Below are positions 30,230 through 38,892 of a stretch of 44,335 nt of DNA, in pieces. The position numbers and the translations under genes are program-made. Below the pieces are notes generated by a model that did no database searches, had not been told where the DNA came from, and worked only from the letters and a program-made list of their open reading frames with translations. The number at the start of each line of letters is the position of its first letter. The first letter of the stretch is position 1. The stretch covers positions 1 to 44,335 of the IMG/VR virus record IMGVR_UViG_3300033067_000620; one strand, written 5' to 3'. Source of the stretch: a virus. Lineage: Duplodnaviria > Caudoviricetes.

Positions 30230-30410
30230 CAATCCGCACACATTCCTTAGATAATTAGTTAACAAAATAATCATTTCTGTAACATTTTTATCACAGTATT
30301 CATTTAGTTATAAAAAGTTGAAAATAAATGTTTACAAAATGTAAAAACTATGATAATCGCGTGCGCATTCTTATAATACTAAAATGAGTAAGGTTTATTA
30401 GTTATTTGTT

Positions 30411-30461
30411 AGTAATAAAGTTGAAAATAATTGTTTACAAAAGAAAAATCTATGACATAAT
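30411..30461 (+). promoter_or_regulatory. Conserved phage promoter
   Basis: AGTAATAAAGTTGAAAATAATTG-TTTACA-16-CATAAT with extended TG; a similar copy lies at about 30312-30357. Confidence 0.7.
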
Positions 30462-30515
30462 GATTATATTGAATGGTTGATTAAATAATAACTTGATGAA
30501 CAGGGAATTACTAAT

Positions 30516-30686
30516 ATGACTTATATAGAAAAATTAACTAATGACATAGAACTGTTTTTAAAAGTAACTAAAGATATTGAAACAGAAAACAACGGAGAAG
30601 ATGAGCCTTTCACTTATAAACAAGCCAAAGAAGTATTAGATTACTTTCTTGACCAAGCAACAAATTTTGAAGAAAATAGAGGTTAG
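30516..30686 (+). CDS. Small acidic early protein (56 aa, not in ORF track)
   Basis: MTYIEKLTNDIELF...QATNFEENRG; AGGGA RBS; first gene after the promoters. Confidence 0.65.
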   Translation: MTYIEKLTNDIELFLKVTKDIETENNGEDEPFTYKQAKEVLDYFLDQATNFEENRG

Positions 30687-30687
30687 T

Positions 30688-30852
30688 ATGAAAGTATTAA
30701 TTAAAAACTTCTTAGTTAATAAAAATGAGAAAACTGCTATTAAGTTACTAAATTATAATAACAAATATCCTATGGCGAAGACATTACTTTTGCCTTGCGA
30801 AATTGATGTTATAACTCAAGCGAAAAAATTCTTAGAAGGAGATAAGTCATGA
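30688..30852 (+). CDS. Small early hypothetical protein
   Basis: Likely start MKVLIK at 30688 after GAGG. Confidence 0.6.
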   Translation: MKVLIKNFLVNKNEKTAIKLLNYNNKYPMAKTLLLPCEIDVITQAKKFLEGDKS

Positions 30853-30891
30853 AAAAGTTACTAAATAATCCATTAAATATGGAGTAGTAAA

Positions 30892-31116
30892 ATGTCAATA
30901 CATGAAACTAAACTGACTATTAAAAAAGTTAAGGAAGCTTTACAAGCTGTTAATGTTCGCTTTCGTAAAACAGCCTATGGAGATTATAGGGTTGTCTATA
31001 CAGGAGATGGAGAGCCTAAGGCTTGTTATGAGTCATCACTTGAAGCTGCTCTTGACTCTGGATTAGCTATGGCAAAAGAAAAAACGGCTAAAACTTTAAG
31101 ACTTAAAGGAGAATGA
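30892..31116 (+). CDS. Early hypothetical protein
   Basis: GGAG RBS; 74 aa. Confidence 0.7.
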   Translation: MSIHETKLTIKKVKEALQAVNVRFRKTAYGDYRVVYTGDGEPKACYESSLEAALDSGLAMAKEKTAKTLRLKGE

Positions 31117-31319
31117 CCATGAAACAATTAGTTAACAATTTTTGGCTTAGATTAAGGACAATTTACTACACTCTATTATATGTCATATTCTTGTCTATGT
31201 CAGTTATCATCTATATGGAGTATAAAGGCATTTTAAACTTTCAAGGGGTTGGTTATACTCCCTTAGTTGAGCCTGTTATAACTGATATTAAACCAACTAA
31301 ACAGGTTAAAAAAAAGTAA
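31113..31319 (+). CDS. Small membrane protein
   Basis: AAGGAG RBS; one TM segment. Confidence 0.6.
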   Translation: MTMKQLVNNFWLRLRTIYYTLLYVIFLSMSVIIYMEYKGILNFQGVGYTPLVEPVITDIKPTKQVKKK

Positions 31320-31406
31320 TATGTTAACCAAAAATCAGCTAATTATATTACTTGCTTCATTAGCTTTGATAACATTTATAATAGACAATTTTTGCTAACT
31401 CAAATT

Positions 31407-31458
31407 AGTAATAAAGTTGAAAATAATTGTTTACAAGATAATGGAAACATGATATAAA
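31407..31458 (+). promoter_or_regulatory. Conserved phage promoter
   Basis: AGTAATAAAGTTGAAAATAATTG-TTTACA(31430)-17-TATAAA with extended TG. Confidence 0.7.
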
Positions 31459-31537
31459 AGAAATACCTAGTTTGGTATAGGTTTAAGAGCTCTTACCTGT
31501 TAACAAAACAGAGCTCACTATTATAATGGAGATTACT

Positions 31538-32035
31538 ATGACTGCAATTAAAAAAGCTTATTCTGAAATTGTTGCTTTACTTGAAGCTAACAAAGATGTT
31601 AAAGTTTCTAAGATATTCGACCAGGTTGTTGAGTTAGCTTCTGCTAAAACAACTCGTTCAGAAGGCTCAACTTATGTTAAGGATGTTGAAGGTAATACTG
31701 TTGCGATACTAGATTACTACTTCAAAAAATGGATGCCTTTGGTTGGTGACAAAGCTGTTGATTTCGGACAGAAACTAAAAACTTCTACTGGCTACAATAC
31801 AATGTGCAAAGAAGGTGTTAGTGCTTGGACAAAACAACAGAGGGAGGCTAAAAATGCAAGCGCTGATTTGCTTAAGAAAGTCGCTGCAGGTGAAATTCTT
31901 CCTTCTGACATCGCTGCTCATCAGGCTCAGATTGAGGAAGCTAGAAAAGCAATTGTGCCTACTGAGCTTGGCTTTGATAATATTGAAGACCTTACTAAAT
32001 ACTTAACTAAAGCTAAAGTTAAACTTGTTGCTTAA
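31538..32035 (+). CDS. Hypothetical protein, probably highly expressed
   Basis: Own promoter, structured leader, GGAG RBS, own terminator; likely start MTAIKK. Confidence 0.75.
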   Translation: MTAIKKAYSEIVALLEANKDVKVSKIFDQVVELASAKTTRSEGSTYVKDVEGNTVAILDYYFKKWMPLVGDKAVDFGQKLKTSTGYNTMCKEGVSAWTKQQREAKNASADLLKKVAAGEILPSDIAAHQAQIEEARKAIVPTELGFDNIEDLTKYLTKAKVKLVA

Positions 32036-32061
32036 TATTAGTTAATAAAAATAGTGATATT

Positions 32062-32098
32062 AATGGCGCTGTGACTTAAATGTTACAGCGCCATTTTT
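32062..32098 (+). terminator. Rho-independent terminator
   Basis: AATGGCGCTGTGAC-6nt-GTTACAGCGCCATT followed by TTT. Confidence 0.88.
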
Positions 32099-32111
32099 AT
32101 TACAGTTCAAT

Positions 32112-32126
32112 TGAGAATGATTCTCA
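32112..32126. promoter_or_regulatory. Fur-box-like 7-1-7 palindrome
   Basis: TGAGAAT-G-ATTCTCA versus consensus TGATAAT-N-ATTATCA. Confidence 0.55.
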
Positions 32127-32192
32127 CTGTCACTAAAATATTAGTAAATAAAATACTCATTTAAATGACCCTACAGAGCTTGAATATTTTGG

Positions 32193-32366
32193 CTTAGGGT
32201 TATACATACTATTAGTTTTGAGCTCTGTAAGGTCTGTTTAAACTGATTTAAAGCACTATCAATTAAATTAGTTTAAACATATATTATAGCACTTATAACT
32301 AGATGACTTAGGGTTATACATACTATTAGTTTTGAGCTCTGTAAGGCCTGTTTAAACTAATTTAAA
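32193..32366. repeat. 60-bp direct repeat, two copies (32193-32252, 32307-32366)
   Basis: CTTAGGGTTATACATACTATTAGTTTTGAGCTCTGTAAGG(T/C)CTGTTTAAACT(G/A)ATTTAAA; 2 mismatches; 114-bp period. Confidence 0.92.
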
Positions 32367-32474
32367 TGATAGATTTATATAGAGTATATCATTTAATAAA
32401 ATCCACATAGTAGTAGTATCACTTATAATCTACTTATAACATCAAGTGTTAATTTTCATTAACTAAATATAATT

Positions 32475-32526
32475 AGTAATAAATATAAAATTAATTGTTT
32501 ACAAAATAAAAAATTAATTTTATAAT
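32475..32526 (+). promoter_or_regulatory. Conserved phage promoter
   Basis: AGTAATAAA...TAATTG-TTTACA(32498)-17-TATAAT. Confidence 0.75.
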
Positions 32527-32586
32527 ATAAATATTAATAAGTTAATTAATATACTCTTACTCAAATAATAAATAGAAGGTTGTATA

Positions 32587-32925
32587 ATGGCTAGACCGAT
32601 GCTGCTAATGGAGGAGGCTATACTTAAAGAGCTATACTCTAAATACTCTCAAGGTGTTCCTGTTCTTAAACTTATAAGGCAATATAAATTAGACTTACTT
32701 ATAACTGCACCAACATTGACTAAGCTACTTAGCTATATAGATGCAGCGAATAAGACTAATGATATTACTATACGTAATACTATATTAGCTAGTTTATTTC
32801 CTACTTGGTTAAAAGAAAGGTACACACTTAATCGTAAATTAATAGCAATGCCTAATCCTAATACTTGGTTTTATACAGGTAAAATGCCATTAGGTCAATG
32901 GAAGAAAAGGACTTTAGACCAATGA
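32587..32925 (+). CDS. Hypothetical protein, possible HTH
   Basis: MARP...YSQGVPVLKLIRQY...PTLTKLL resembles a resolvase-type HTH. Confidence 0.55.
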   Translation: MARPMLLMEEAILKELYSKYSQGVPVLKLIRQYKLDLLITAPTLTKLLSYIDAANKTNDITIRNTILASLFPTWLKERYTLNRKLIAMPNPNTWFYTGKMPLGQWKKRTLDQ

Positions 32926-33089
32926 TTAATAAATTTGTTCAAATAACTGATACTGGACATAGCCTTTATAAAAGTAAAGGTAAAGTTATTAGATGTTCTA
33001 TAAATAAAAAAGGAGTTATAACTTATCTAATTGATTTAGGTAAAGAAAGAGCTTATTTAAAATCAGTGCAATTTAAGGAGGTAAAATAA
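32922..33089 (+). CDS. Small SH3/KOW-like hypothetical protein
   Basis: Likely start MINKFV; V.I...H.LY...GKV pattern. Confidence 0.5.
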   Translation: MINKFVQITDTGHSLYKSKGKVIRCSINKKGVITYLIDLGKERAYLKSVQFKEVK

Positions 33090-33226
33090 TGGCAGGCGAA
33101 TCTGATTTAATAAAAGGTTATCGTCAAGGCTATGAAGATGCTTCTTATGGTAAACCTCCATTAACTGATGAACAAATAAAACAATTTGCTGAAGCTTATG
33201 CTAAACTATTAAAAAAGGAAAAGTAA
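33089..33226 (+). CDS. Small hypothetical protein (45 aa, not in ORF track)
   Basis: AAGGAGG RBS; MAGESDLIKGYRQGYEDA... Confidence 0.65.
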   Translation: MAGESDLIKGYRQGYEDASYGKPPLTDEQIKQFAEAYAKLLKKEK

Positions 33227-33227
33227 A

Positions 33228-33788
33228 ATGCAAACTAAACATATAATGATAGATATTGAAACTCTTGGTTTATCAAATAATGCTGTTATAGCTCAGATTG
33301 CTGCGCTAGAATTTTCACCTGAAAATAGTTATATACCTAATACAAATCCTTTCCAATGTAATATTGATATAGACCAAAATGGACGTGCCATAGAAGTTAA
33401 TACACTTAAATGGTGGTTGGAACAATCTGTAACTACTCGCAATGCAGTATTTAGTACTGCTTCACAATTTCCATTAGTAGTTGCATTAAACTCATTAGCT
33501 TTATGGATTTCAACTATAGGTGAAAAAACTAATCTTAAATTTTGGTGTAGAGGTGTTAACTTTGACTTTATACTTCTTAATGATGCTTATGCACAATATA
33601 ACTTAGATACTCCATGGAAGTATACAAGTTTAGCAGATGTACGTACTTTTGATAGTTTAGTCCCACCAGAAATATTACAATCAATACCTAGAGTTGGTGA
33701 ACACCATAATGCTCTTGATGATTGTAAGTTCCAAATCAGCTATGTGCAAGCTGCTATTAAATGGCTTAATACAAACGCAACTAAATAA
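33228..33788 (+). CDS. DEDDh 3'-5' exonuclease (exonuclease VIII N-terminal / Rv2179c-like)
   Basis: MIDIETLG, TLKWW, NFDF.LL, DVRT, HNALDDC. Confidence 0.9.
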   Translation: MQTKHIMIDIETLGLSNNAVIAQIAALEFSPENSYIPNTNPFQCNIDIDQNGRAIEVNTLKWWLEQSVTTRNAVFSTASQFPLVVALNSLALWISTIGEKTNLKFWCRGVNFDFILLNDAYAQYNLDTPWKYTSLADVRTFDSLVPPEILQSIPRVGEHHNALDDCKFQISYVQAAIKWLNTNATK

Positions 33789-33799
33789 GGATTCTTTCT

Positions 33800-34192
33800 A
33801 TGACAAGAATTAATTGCATACCACCTTCTGAATTAATTAATAAACATTTATTAGCTGAATATAGAGAATTACCTCGCATATTTAAATTAGCTCGTAAAGC
33901 AAATGATGCACCAAAGTTATATTGTTTGGGAACAGGTCATATGAAGTTCTTCTTTGATAAACTAATTTATTTAGTTAAGCGACAAGAAGAAATAATTAAA
34001 GAGATGATAAAACGAGGTATGAAGCCTAATTTTAGAGCTGAAGATTTATGGCAATATCATGAAAAAGCTGGTGGTAATTGTGAATCATCTTTATGGAATG
34101 ATTGGATTCCTACTCAAGAAGCAATGAGAATAAACAAAGCAAGAATTGAAGAACGCTTAATAGAAATGAAAGTTAAAAGCCATGCAGTTTGA
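33800..34192 (+). CDS. denV: Pyrimidine dimer DNA glycosylase / endonuclease V
   Basis: MTRIN...EL..KHLLAEYRELPRIF, LGTGHMKFFFDKL; catalytic Thr2 and Glu23 as in T4 DenV. Confidence 0.95.
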   Translation: MTRINCIPPSELINKHLLAEYRELPRIFKLARKANDAPKLYCLGTGHMKFFFDKLIYLVKRQEEIIKEMIKRGMKPNFRAEDLWQYHEKAGGNCESSLWNDWIPTQEAMRINKARIEERLIEMKVKSHAV

Positions 34193-34418
34193 TATAGAAC
34201 ATTTTAAAACATTAGTTCAGCAAGAATTAATAGCTAATCTAGAGATAACTCAAGTAGAAAAACAGATAAATAAAACTGAAGAATTACTTGAGTCGTTAAA
34301 TTATAAATTAGAAGAGTTAGTTAGAAAAAATAATAAATATATGATGACACCTAGTGCCTTATATATAAATGAATTTTATAACTTTATAAAAAAAGAGGTT
34401 GAAAATGTTCAATCTTGA
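34182..34418 (+). CDS. Hypothetical coiled-coil protein
   Basis: ORF coupled to both neighbours. Confidence 0.55.
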   Translation: MQFDIEHFKTLVQQELIANLEITQVEKQINKTEELLESLNYKLEELVRKNNKYMMTPSALYINEFYNFIKKEVENVQS

Positions 34419-34620
34419 TGGTTCACATGAGATTAAAGAAAAAACTAAAATAACTGCTTTAAAATGGTGTGAATTAACTGAGGTTGAAAAAGAATTAGTT
34501 ATAAATAAAAATTCCACTAATCCACATAATTTTAAAGGCTTTGTATATTTAATGGAAAATAGTACTTGCTACTATTTTGATAGACTAGGTAATATATACG
34601 TTCACGACCCTATCCTTTAA
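34405..34620 (+). CDS. Hypothetical protein
   Basis: GAGG RBS before MFNLDG. Confidence 0.55.
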   Translation: MFNLDGSHEIKEKTKITALKWCELTEVEKELVINKNSTNPHNFKGFVYLMENSTCYYFDRLGNIYVHDPIL

Positions 34621-34629
34621 GGAATATTA

Positions 34630-36891
34630 ATGCTTATAGACTTATTTATAAATGCAGGATGGTATACAGTACCATTAAAAGGAGAATTACGCCGTTTAGA
34701 AAGTGGGAAAAAAACTATTCCTCTTTTTGAAAGTGAGTGGCGTAAAAAGTATACTGAAGAATTTAATTTAGTTAAATCTAAATTAGGTGGAGTTATAACA
34801 GGTATAAAATCTGGTATAATAGCAATTGATTGTGATAATGAAGTTACTTATCAAATGTTTAAACAACTGGACCCTGAGTATAGCTTCCATTTTATTTCAA
34901 AAGGTAAACCTGAAGGTGGTGGTACTATAATTTATAAGTATACAGATAAAGTAGGTACTTTTAAAGTCATGAATGAAGCAGTTAAACTTGACTTTTTTTC
35001 AGATGAAGGTTTTATATATTTACCTACTGAAGATAATGAAACTAAGGAAAGTTGGATAGATAAAAATAAACTACCTGAAATTAAAGAAATACCAAATACT
35101 ATATTAGCTATACTTCAAACATTTAAAGGTAAACATATTGACAAGGGAATAGCTAAAACTAATTCTGTGAAAACAGCTATTAGTAATAGATTAGCCCCAT
35201 TACTAACAACTTTTGTAGCAGGAGAAATATATGACCCAGCACTTTTTAAAATTATTACCCCATATTCTTTTAGAGATTTGCCTACTTATGTTACGCGTGG
35301 CCATCTTCATCCTGCTGATGTTCCCTCTGGTCGTGGCTCTGAATATCTTAGTAAAGTTAGTGCAATTATTGGAGCCGACATTTCTGTAAACATAGAGCTA
35401 TATACTAAAGCTATGATGCTAATAAATTCTTTTAAAAAGACTCCAAAAGAAAAACCAGAATTATTAGCTACAATTGTAAATCCTATGATAGAAGAAAGAG
35501 CTACAATAGACGGTCATGTTATATGGCAATATGATAAGCATTGGGAGAAAATGGGATTTATAGCAACTGCAATTAATGGTGACTATATAGAAAGTTTTTT
35601 TGACGATGTTAAGGGCTTATATTATCTTGTTAATTATAGTATTCCTTATGTTAGGGTTTTTTCAGATAAGTCCTCTAATATTTCTACTCTTAAAGCATTA
35701 CTAGGTAGAGCTATACCAGAAGTTCATTTTGATAATGTAAAGCAAATAATAAGAACTAGTTTAAATCCTTCATTAGAGTTTGGACATGTTGAAGGAACAG
35801 ATAAATATAATCTCTTTAGACAAACACAAGAATTAGCTATAATAAATAATCCAGGGCCTTATAAACCTAGTTATAATCGACCTACAACAATAATAAAATA
35901 TTTTGAGTCTTTAGTTCCAGATGATAAAATGAGAATGTTTTTACTTAGTTTTTTAAAAACTAAGTTTACTACTTTTAAATATTCTCCTATAGTTCTTTAT
36001 CTAATTGGTAAGCCAGGTTCAGGCAAAGATACATTAGTTAATATATTAAGAAAAATAATAGGTGATGACTATGTAGCTAAGCCAGATACTAAAGTGTTTA
36101 ATGAGCAATATAATGGTTGGATAATGGATAAGTTTTTTATTCAGTTAGATGAATATGGTAATAAATTAGTTCGTATGGCTGAAAAACAAGAAGTATTAGG
36201 TAAAATTAAAGCTTATACAGGCTCTCCTGATTTGCAAATAAGAGCTATGAGACAAGATGGATTCAACTATAAACATTGTATTACATTTATAATAACGGCT
36301 AATAATAATCCTTTACCTGTTGAAATGGATGATAGAAGATTTAGCTTTATTAAAACTCCTAATAAGTTAGAGTTACAAAATTGGGTAAAAGAGTTAGGTG
36401 GTATATCTACAGTGCAAGATAGAATTAAAGAAGAAATACTTGATTTTTGTTACTATCTTGGAACTGAAATACCAGTTTTAAAAACTGATGAGTATATGAT
36501 TGCACCTGTTACAGAAGAGAAAGAAAAACTAATGTTAGATAGTTTACCTGCAGCAGAGCAAATATCTTACTATATTAATAATAGTCAGTATAAATTATTA
36601 TTAGACCTAGCGTATGAGCATGGTATAAATGAGTTTGATGAAGGCTGGGACCGTAATAGACTTATGGATAGAAAAATAGATGAACTCTATCAAGCTATGA
36701 CAGAAGGAGCAGGTTCACATAGAACAATATGTAAATCGCTTAAAAACATAGGTTTACAACGTTGTCATACAACTCGTAATGGAGTTAATGATTTTTACTA
36801 TATGATAAATGATTTACATCATTTTAAGGCAGCTGAAACTATTGAAACTGATTTTGTCCCTGTTAAAAAGAAAGAGATTAAAGGATTGTGA
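34630..36891 (+). CDS. Bifunctional primase-polymerase fused to SF3-type (DUF5906-like) helicase
   Basis: N-terminal GVITG..SGIIAIDCD prim-pol motif; GKPGSGKD Walker A, LDE Walker B, TANN, DDRRF. Confidence 0.88.
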   Translation: MLIDLFINAGWYTVPLKGELRRLESGKKTIPLFESEWRKKYTEEFNLVKSKLGGVITGIKSGIIAIDCDNEVTYQMFKQLDPEYSFHFISKGKPEGGGTIIYKYTDKVGTFKVMNEAVKLDFFSDEGFIYLPTEDNETKESWIDKNKLPEIKEIPNTILAILQTFKGKHIDKGIAKTNSVKTAISNRLAPLLTTFVAGEIYDPALFKIITPYSFRDLPTYVTRGHLHPADVPSGRGSEYLSKVSAIIGADISVNIELYTKAMMLINSFKKTPKEKPELLATIVNPMIEERATIDGHVIWQYDKHWEKMGFIATAINGDYIESFFDDVKGLYYLVNYSIPYVRVFSDKSSNISTLKALLGRAIPEVHFDNVKQIIRTSLNPSLEFGHVEGTDKYNLFRQTQELAIINNPGPYKPSYNRPTTIIKYFESLVPDDKMRMFLLSFLKTKFTTFKYSPIVLYLIGKPGSGKDTLVNILRKIIGDDYVAKPDTKVFNEQYNGWIMDKFFIQLDEYGNKLVRMAEKQEVLGKIKAYTGSPDLQIRAMRQDGFNYKHCITFIITANNNPLPVEMDDRRFSFIKTPNKLELQNWVKELGGISTVQDRIKEEILDFCYYLGTEIPVLKTDEYMIAPVTEEKEKLMLDSLPAAEQISYYINNSQYKLLLDLAYEHGINEFDEGWDRNRLMDRKIDELYQAMTEGAGSHRTICKSLKNIGLQRCHTTRNGVNDFYYMINDLHHFKAAETIETDFVPVKKKEIKGL

Positions 36892-37082
36892 ATAACTGCA
36901 TTTGTAACCATTGTATAAAATTATTGGATGCTGGATTAGGTACAATGACTCGTGGTTGTCCATTTTGTCATAGAATGCAACTAATAAACTTAACAGAAGG
37001 TGGAATTGGTTATTTGACTACTAGTTATAAAGATATTGAAGGAAGTAAGCCACGTTATCAAATTAAAGTATTGGAGTATTAA
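36888..37082 (+). CDS. Small Cys-rich (zinc-binding) hypothetical protein
   Basis: CNHC and CPFC pairs; GTG start with AAGGA RBS. Confidence 0.55.
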   Translation: MNNCICNHCIKLLDAGLGTMTRGCPFCHRMQLINLTEGGIGYLTTSYKDIEGSKPRYQIKVLEY

Positions 37083-37084
37083 AA

Positions 37085-37249
37085 ATGAGTAAAATACAAG
37101 TTAAAAGAGAAATAACAGTTTTTAAAAATATTTATAATGATATAGTAATTAGATTAGTAAAACCTGGTGAAGGTTATTTTAGGGGTAAAGAAATAGAATA
37201 TATAATGTTATCACAAGAAGAAGCTAATAAATTGAAAGAACTTTTATGA
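37085..37249 (+). CDS. Small hypothetical protein (54 aa, not in ORF track)
   Basis: GGAG RBS; ATGA overlap with the helicase. Confidence 0.6.
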   Translation: MSKIQVKREITVFKNIYNDIVIRLVKPGEGYFRGKEIEYIMLSQEEANKLKELL

Positions 37250-38556
37250 GTGAACTTTTAACTAAATTCAAACAGTTTCTTAAAGATAAAGAAGCTGCAG
37301 ATATGTATATAACAGGAGTAGCTGGGACAGGTAAAACTACTAGCTTAGCTGAACTCGTATATTATTGTAAAGAAAATATGATAGAATATGTTGTAACAGC
37401 TTATACACATAAAGCATGCGCTGTATTAGCTAATAAATTGCATAAAACAGCTAAAATAAGTACTTTGCATAGTTTTTTAGCTAAAAGACCAACTATAAAC
37501 AGTAATGCTAAAGAAGTTGCTCATGTAGATGGTAATGCTCAAATGAAAGAACCTGAAAGAGTTAGAGTATTATTTATAGATGAATTTAGTATGGTTGGAG
37601 ATAAAGATTATTCTTCTATAGCAGATTTACAATATAATGAAGATGGTGAAATACAAACACAAGTAGTCTATATTGGTGACCCTAATCAATTACCTCCAGT
37701 TAAAGATATAGCTGTAGTTACTCCTACTGGAGACTACTGGGTTAAGCTAAATAAAGTATATCGCCAAGCTAATGGTAATCAGTTAATTGATAATTTATTA
37801 GCTATAAATGATTATATAAATGGTGAAGAACCTGCTGCATTGATTGAGCATGATAATTTAATTCGTGGTATTGATATAGTTAAAGAGTATAAACTTTGTA
37901 CTCAAGATAAGATTATATTAGCTTATACTAATGCAAGAGTAGAGCAATTAAATATGGATATTCAAGGTAGGCCATTAGCTATACCTGGAGACCTTTTATT
38001 CTCGCCTACAGTTAGAAAAGACTATACTTTAATTGAAATAAGTGATAAAAGTAATGGTATAGTTAAAATAAATGGTAATTTATTAGAATTAGGTAGTACG
38101 TATAAAACATTAGAAACTCTACATGAAGTATCTGGTATTAAGTTTTATAATGTAACCGATTTAAAAGGTAATGAAGAATGCATTGCTGCAGTGTTTGGTC
38201 ATGATACATTTTTAAGAGCTTCTCAGGATTTAGCTAATGAAGCAGTTAAATTAAATAAAGAAATAGCAACTAAGTATAAAATAGACCCTAAAGATTGGGC
38301 AAAAGATAATTGGAATCATCCATTAGCTAAAGCACGAGGTAAAGCTTGGGGTAAATATTTAGCTTTTAAAGATTGCGTTTATTGCTTAGATTTTACTCAT
38401 GCTATGACTGTTCATAAATCACAAGGGAGTACATATGAAAATGTATTTATAGATACTGAAGACTTAGGTAAATGTTCACAAAAAGATTATACTATGTATT
38501 TAAAATTATTATACGTAGCTATATCAAGAGCAAGTTTAAAAGTATATACTAATTAA
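37246..38556 (+). CDS. SF1B helicase (Dda/RecD/Pif1-like)
   Basis: GVAGTGKT, IDEFSM, GDPNQLPPV, YRQ, AMTVHKSQGSTY, LYVAISRA. Confidence 0.93.
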   Translation: MSELLTKFKQFLKDKEAADMYITGVAGTGKTTSLAELVYYCKENMIEYVVTAYTHKACAVLANKLHKTAKISTLHSFLAKRPTINSNAKEVAHVDGNAQMKEPERVRVLFIDEFSMVGDKDYSSIADLQYNEDGEIQTQVVYIGDPNQLPPVKDIAVVTPTGDYWVKLNKVYRQANGNQLIDNLLAINDYINGEEPAALIEHDNLIRGIDIVKEYKLCTQDKIILAYTNARVEQLNMDIQGRPLAIPGDLLFSPTVRKDYTLIEISDKSNGIVKINGNLLELGSTYKTLETLHEVSGIKFYNVTDLKGNEECIAAVFGHDTFLRASQDLANEAVKLNKEIATKYKIDPKDWAKDNWNHPLAKARGKAWGKYLAFKDCVYCLDFTHAMTVHKSQGSTYENVFIDTEDLGKCSQKDYTMYLKLLYVAISRASLKVYTN

Positions 38557-38567
38557 AGGAGAAATAT

Positions 38568-38654
38568 ATGATTGCTTTATTAATTTTAATAATAGCTTTT
38601 GCCCTAATTATTTTATTTGTTAATAAGGATGAAGATTGGGATGAAAATGAGTAA
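38568..38654 (+). CDS. 28-aa membrane peptide (not in ORF track)
   Basis: AAAGGAG RBS; MIALLILIIAFALIILFVNKDEDWDENE. Confidence 0.5.
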   Translation: MIALLILIIAFALIILFVNKDEDWDENE

Positions 38655-38673
38655 ATAATTACTAAAATTAATT

Positions 38674-38724
38674 AATAATAAAATTGAAAATAATTGTTTA
38701 CAATATAAAATAACATATTATAAT
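38674..38724 (+). promoter_or_regulatory. Conserved phage promoter upstream of ssb
   Basis: AATAAAATTGAAAATAATTG-TTTACA(38697)-16-TATAAT. Confidence 0.72.
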
Positions 38725-38892
38725 ATAAAATAATAAATTTAACTAGTATTTTAGCTGTCATAGACTATTCCATATTAGTTAAATTTATAGGTTTGATTGT
38801 TTTCCTGAGTACTCTACACGAGTTAAACAAAAACAATCACTTATATAGCAAGTGCAGTATAAGTTTTATAAACGTTTATTATGGAGTTTATT

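Larger units (their letters stand above)
29290..30510. other. Long AT-rich non-coding region: probable genome terminus/packaging and early control region
   Basis: No ORF of 60 aa or more; short iterated motifs, hairpins and promoters; lies between terminase operon and early genes. Confidence 0.6.

Noticed and set aside
30360-30388. dif-like sequence CGTGCGCATTC...
   Set aside because: Only the XerC arm resembles dif (8/11); there is no TTATGTTAAAT XerD arm at 6-bp spacing. The same applies to ATGTCGCATTA at about 29816.
32193-32366. Mini CRISPR array
   Set aside because: Only two units, the 60-bp repeat is too long, and no cas genes are present.
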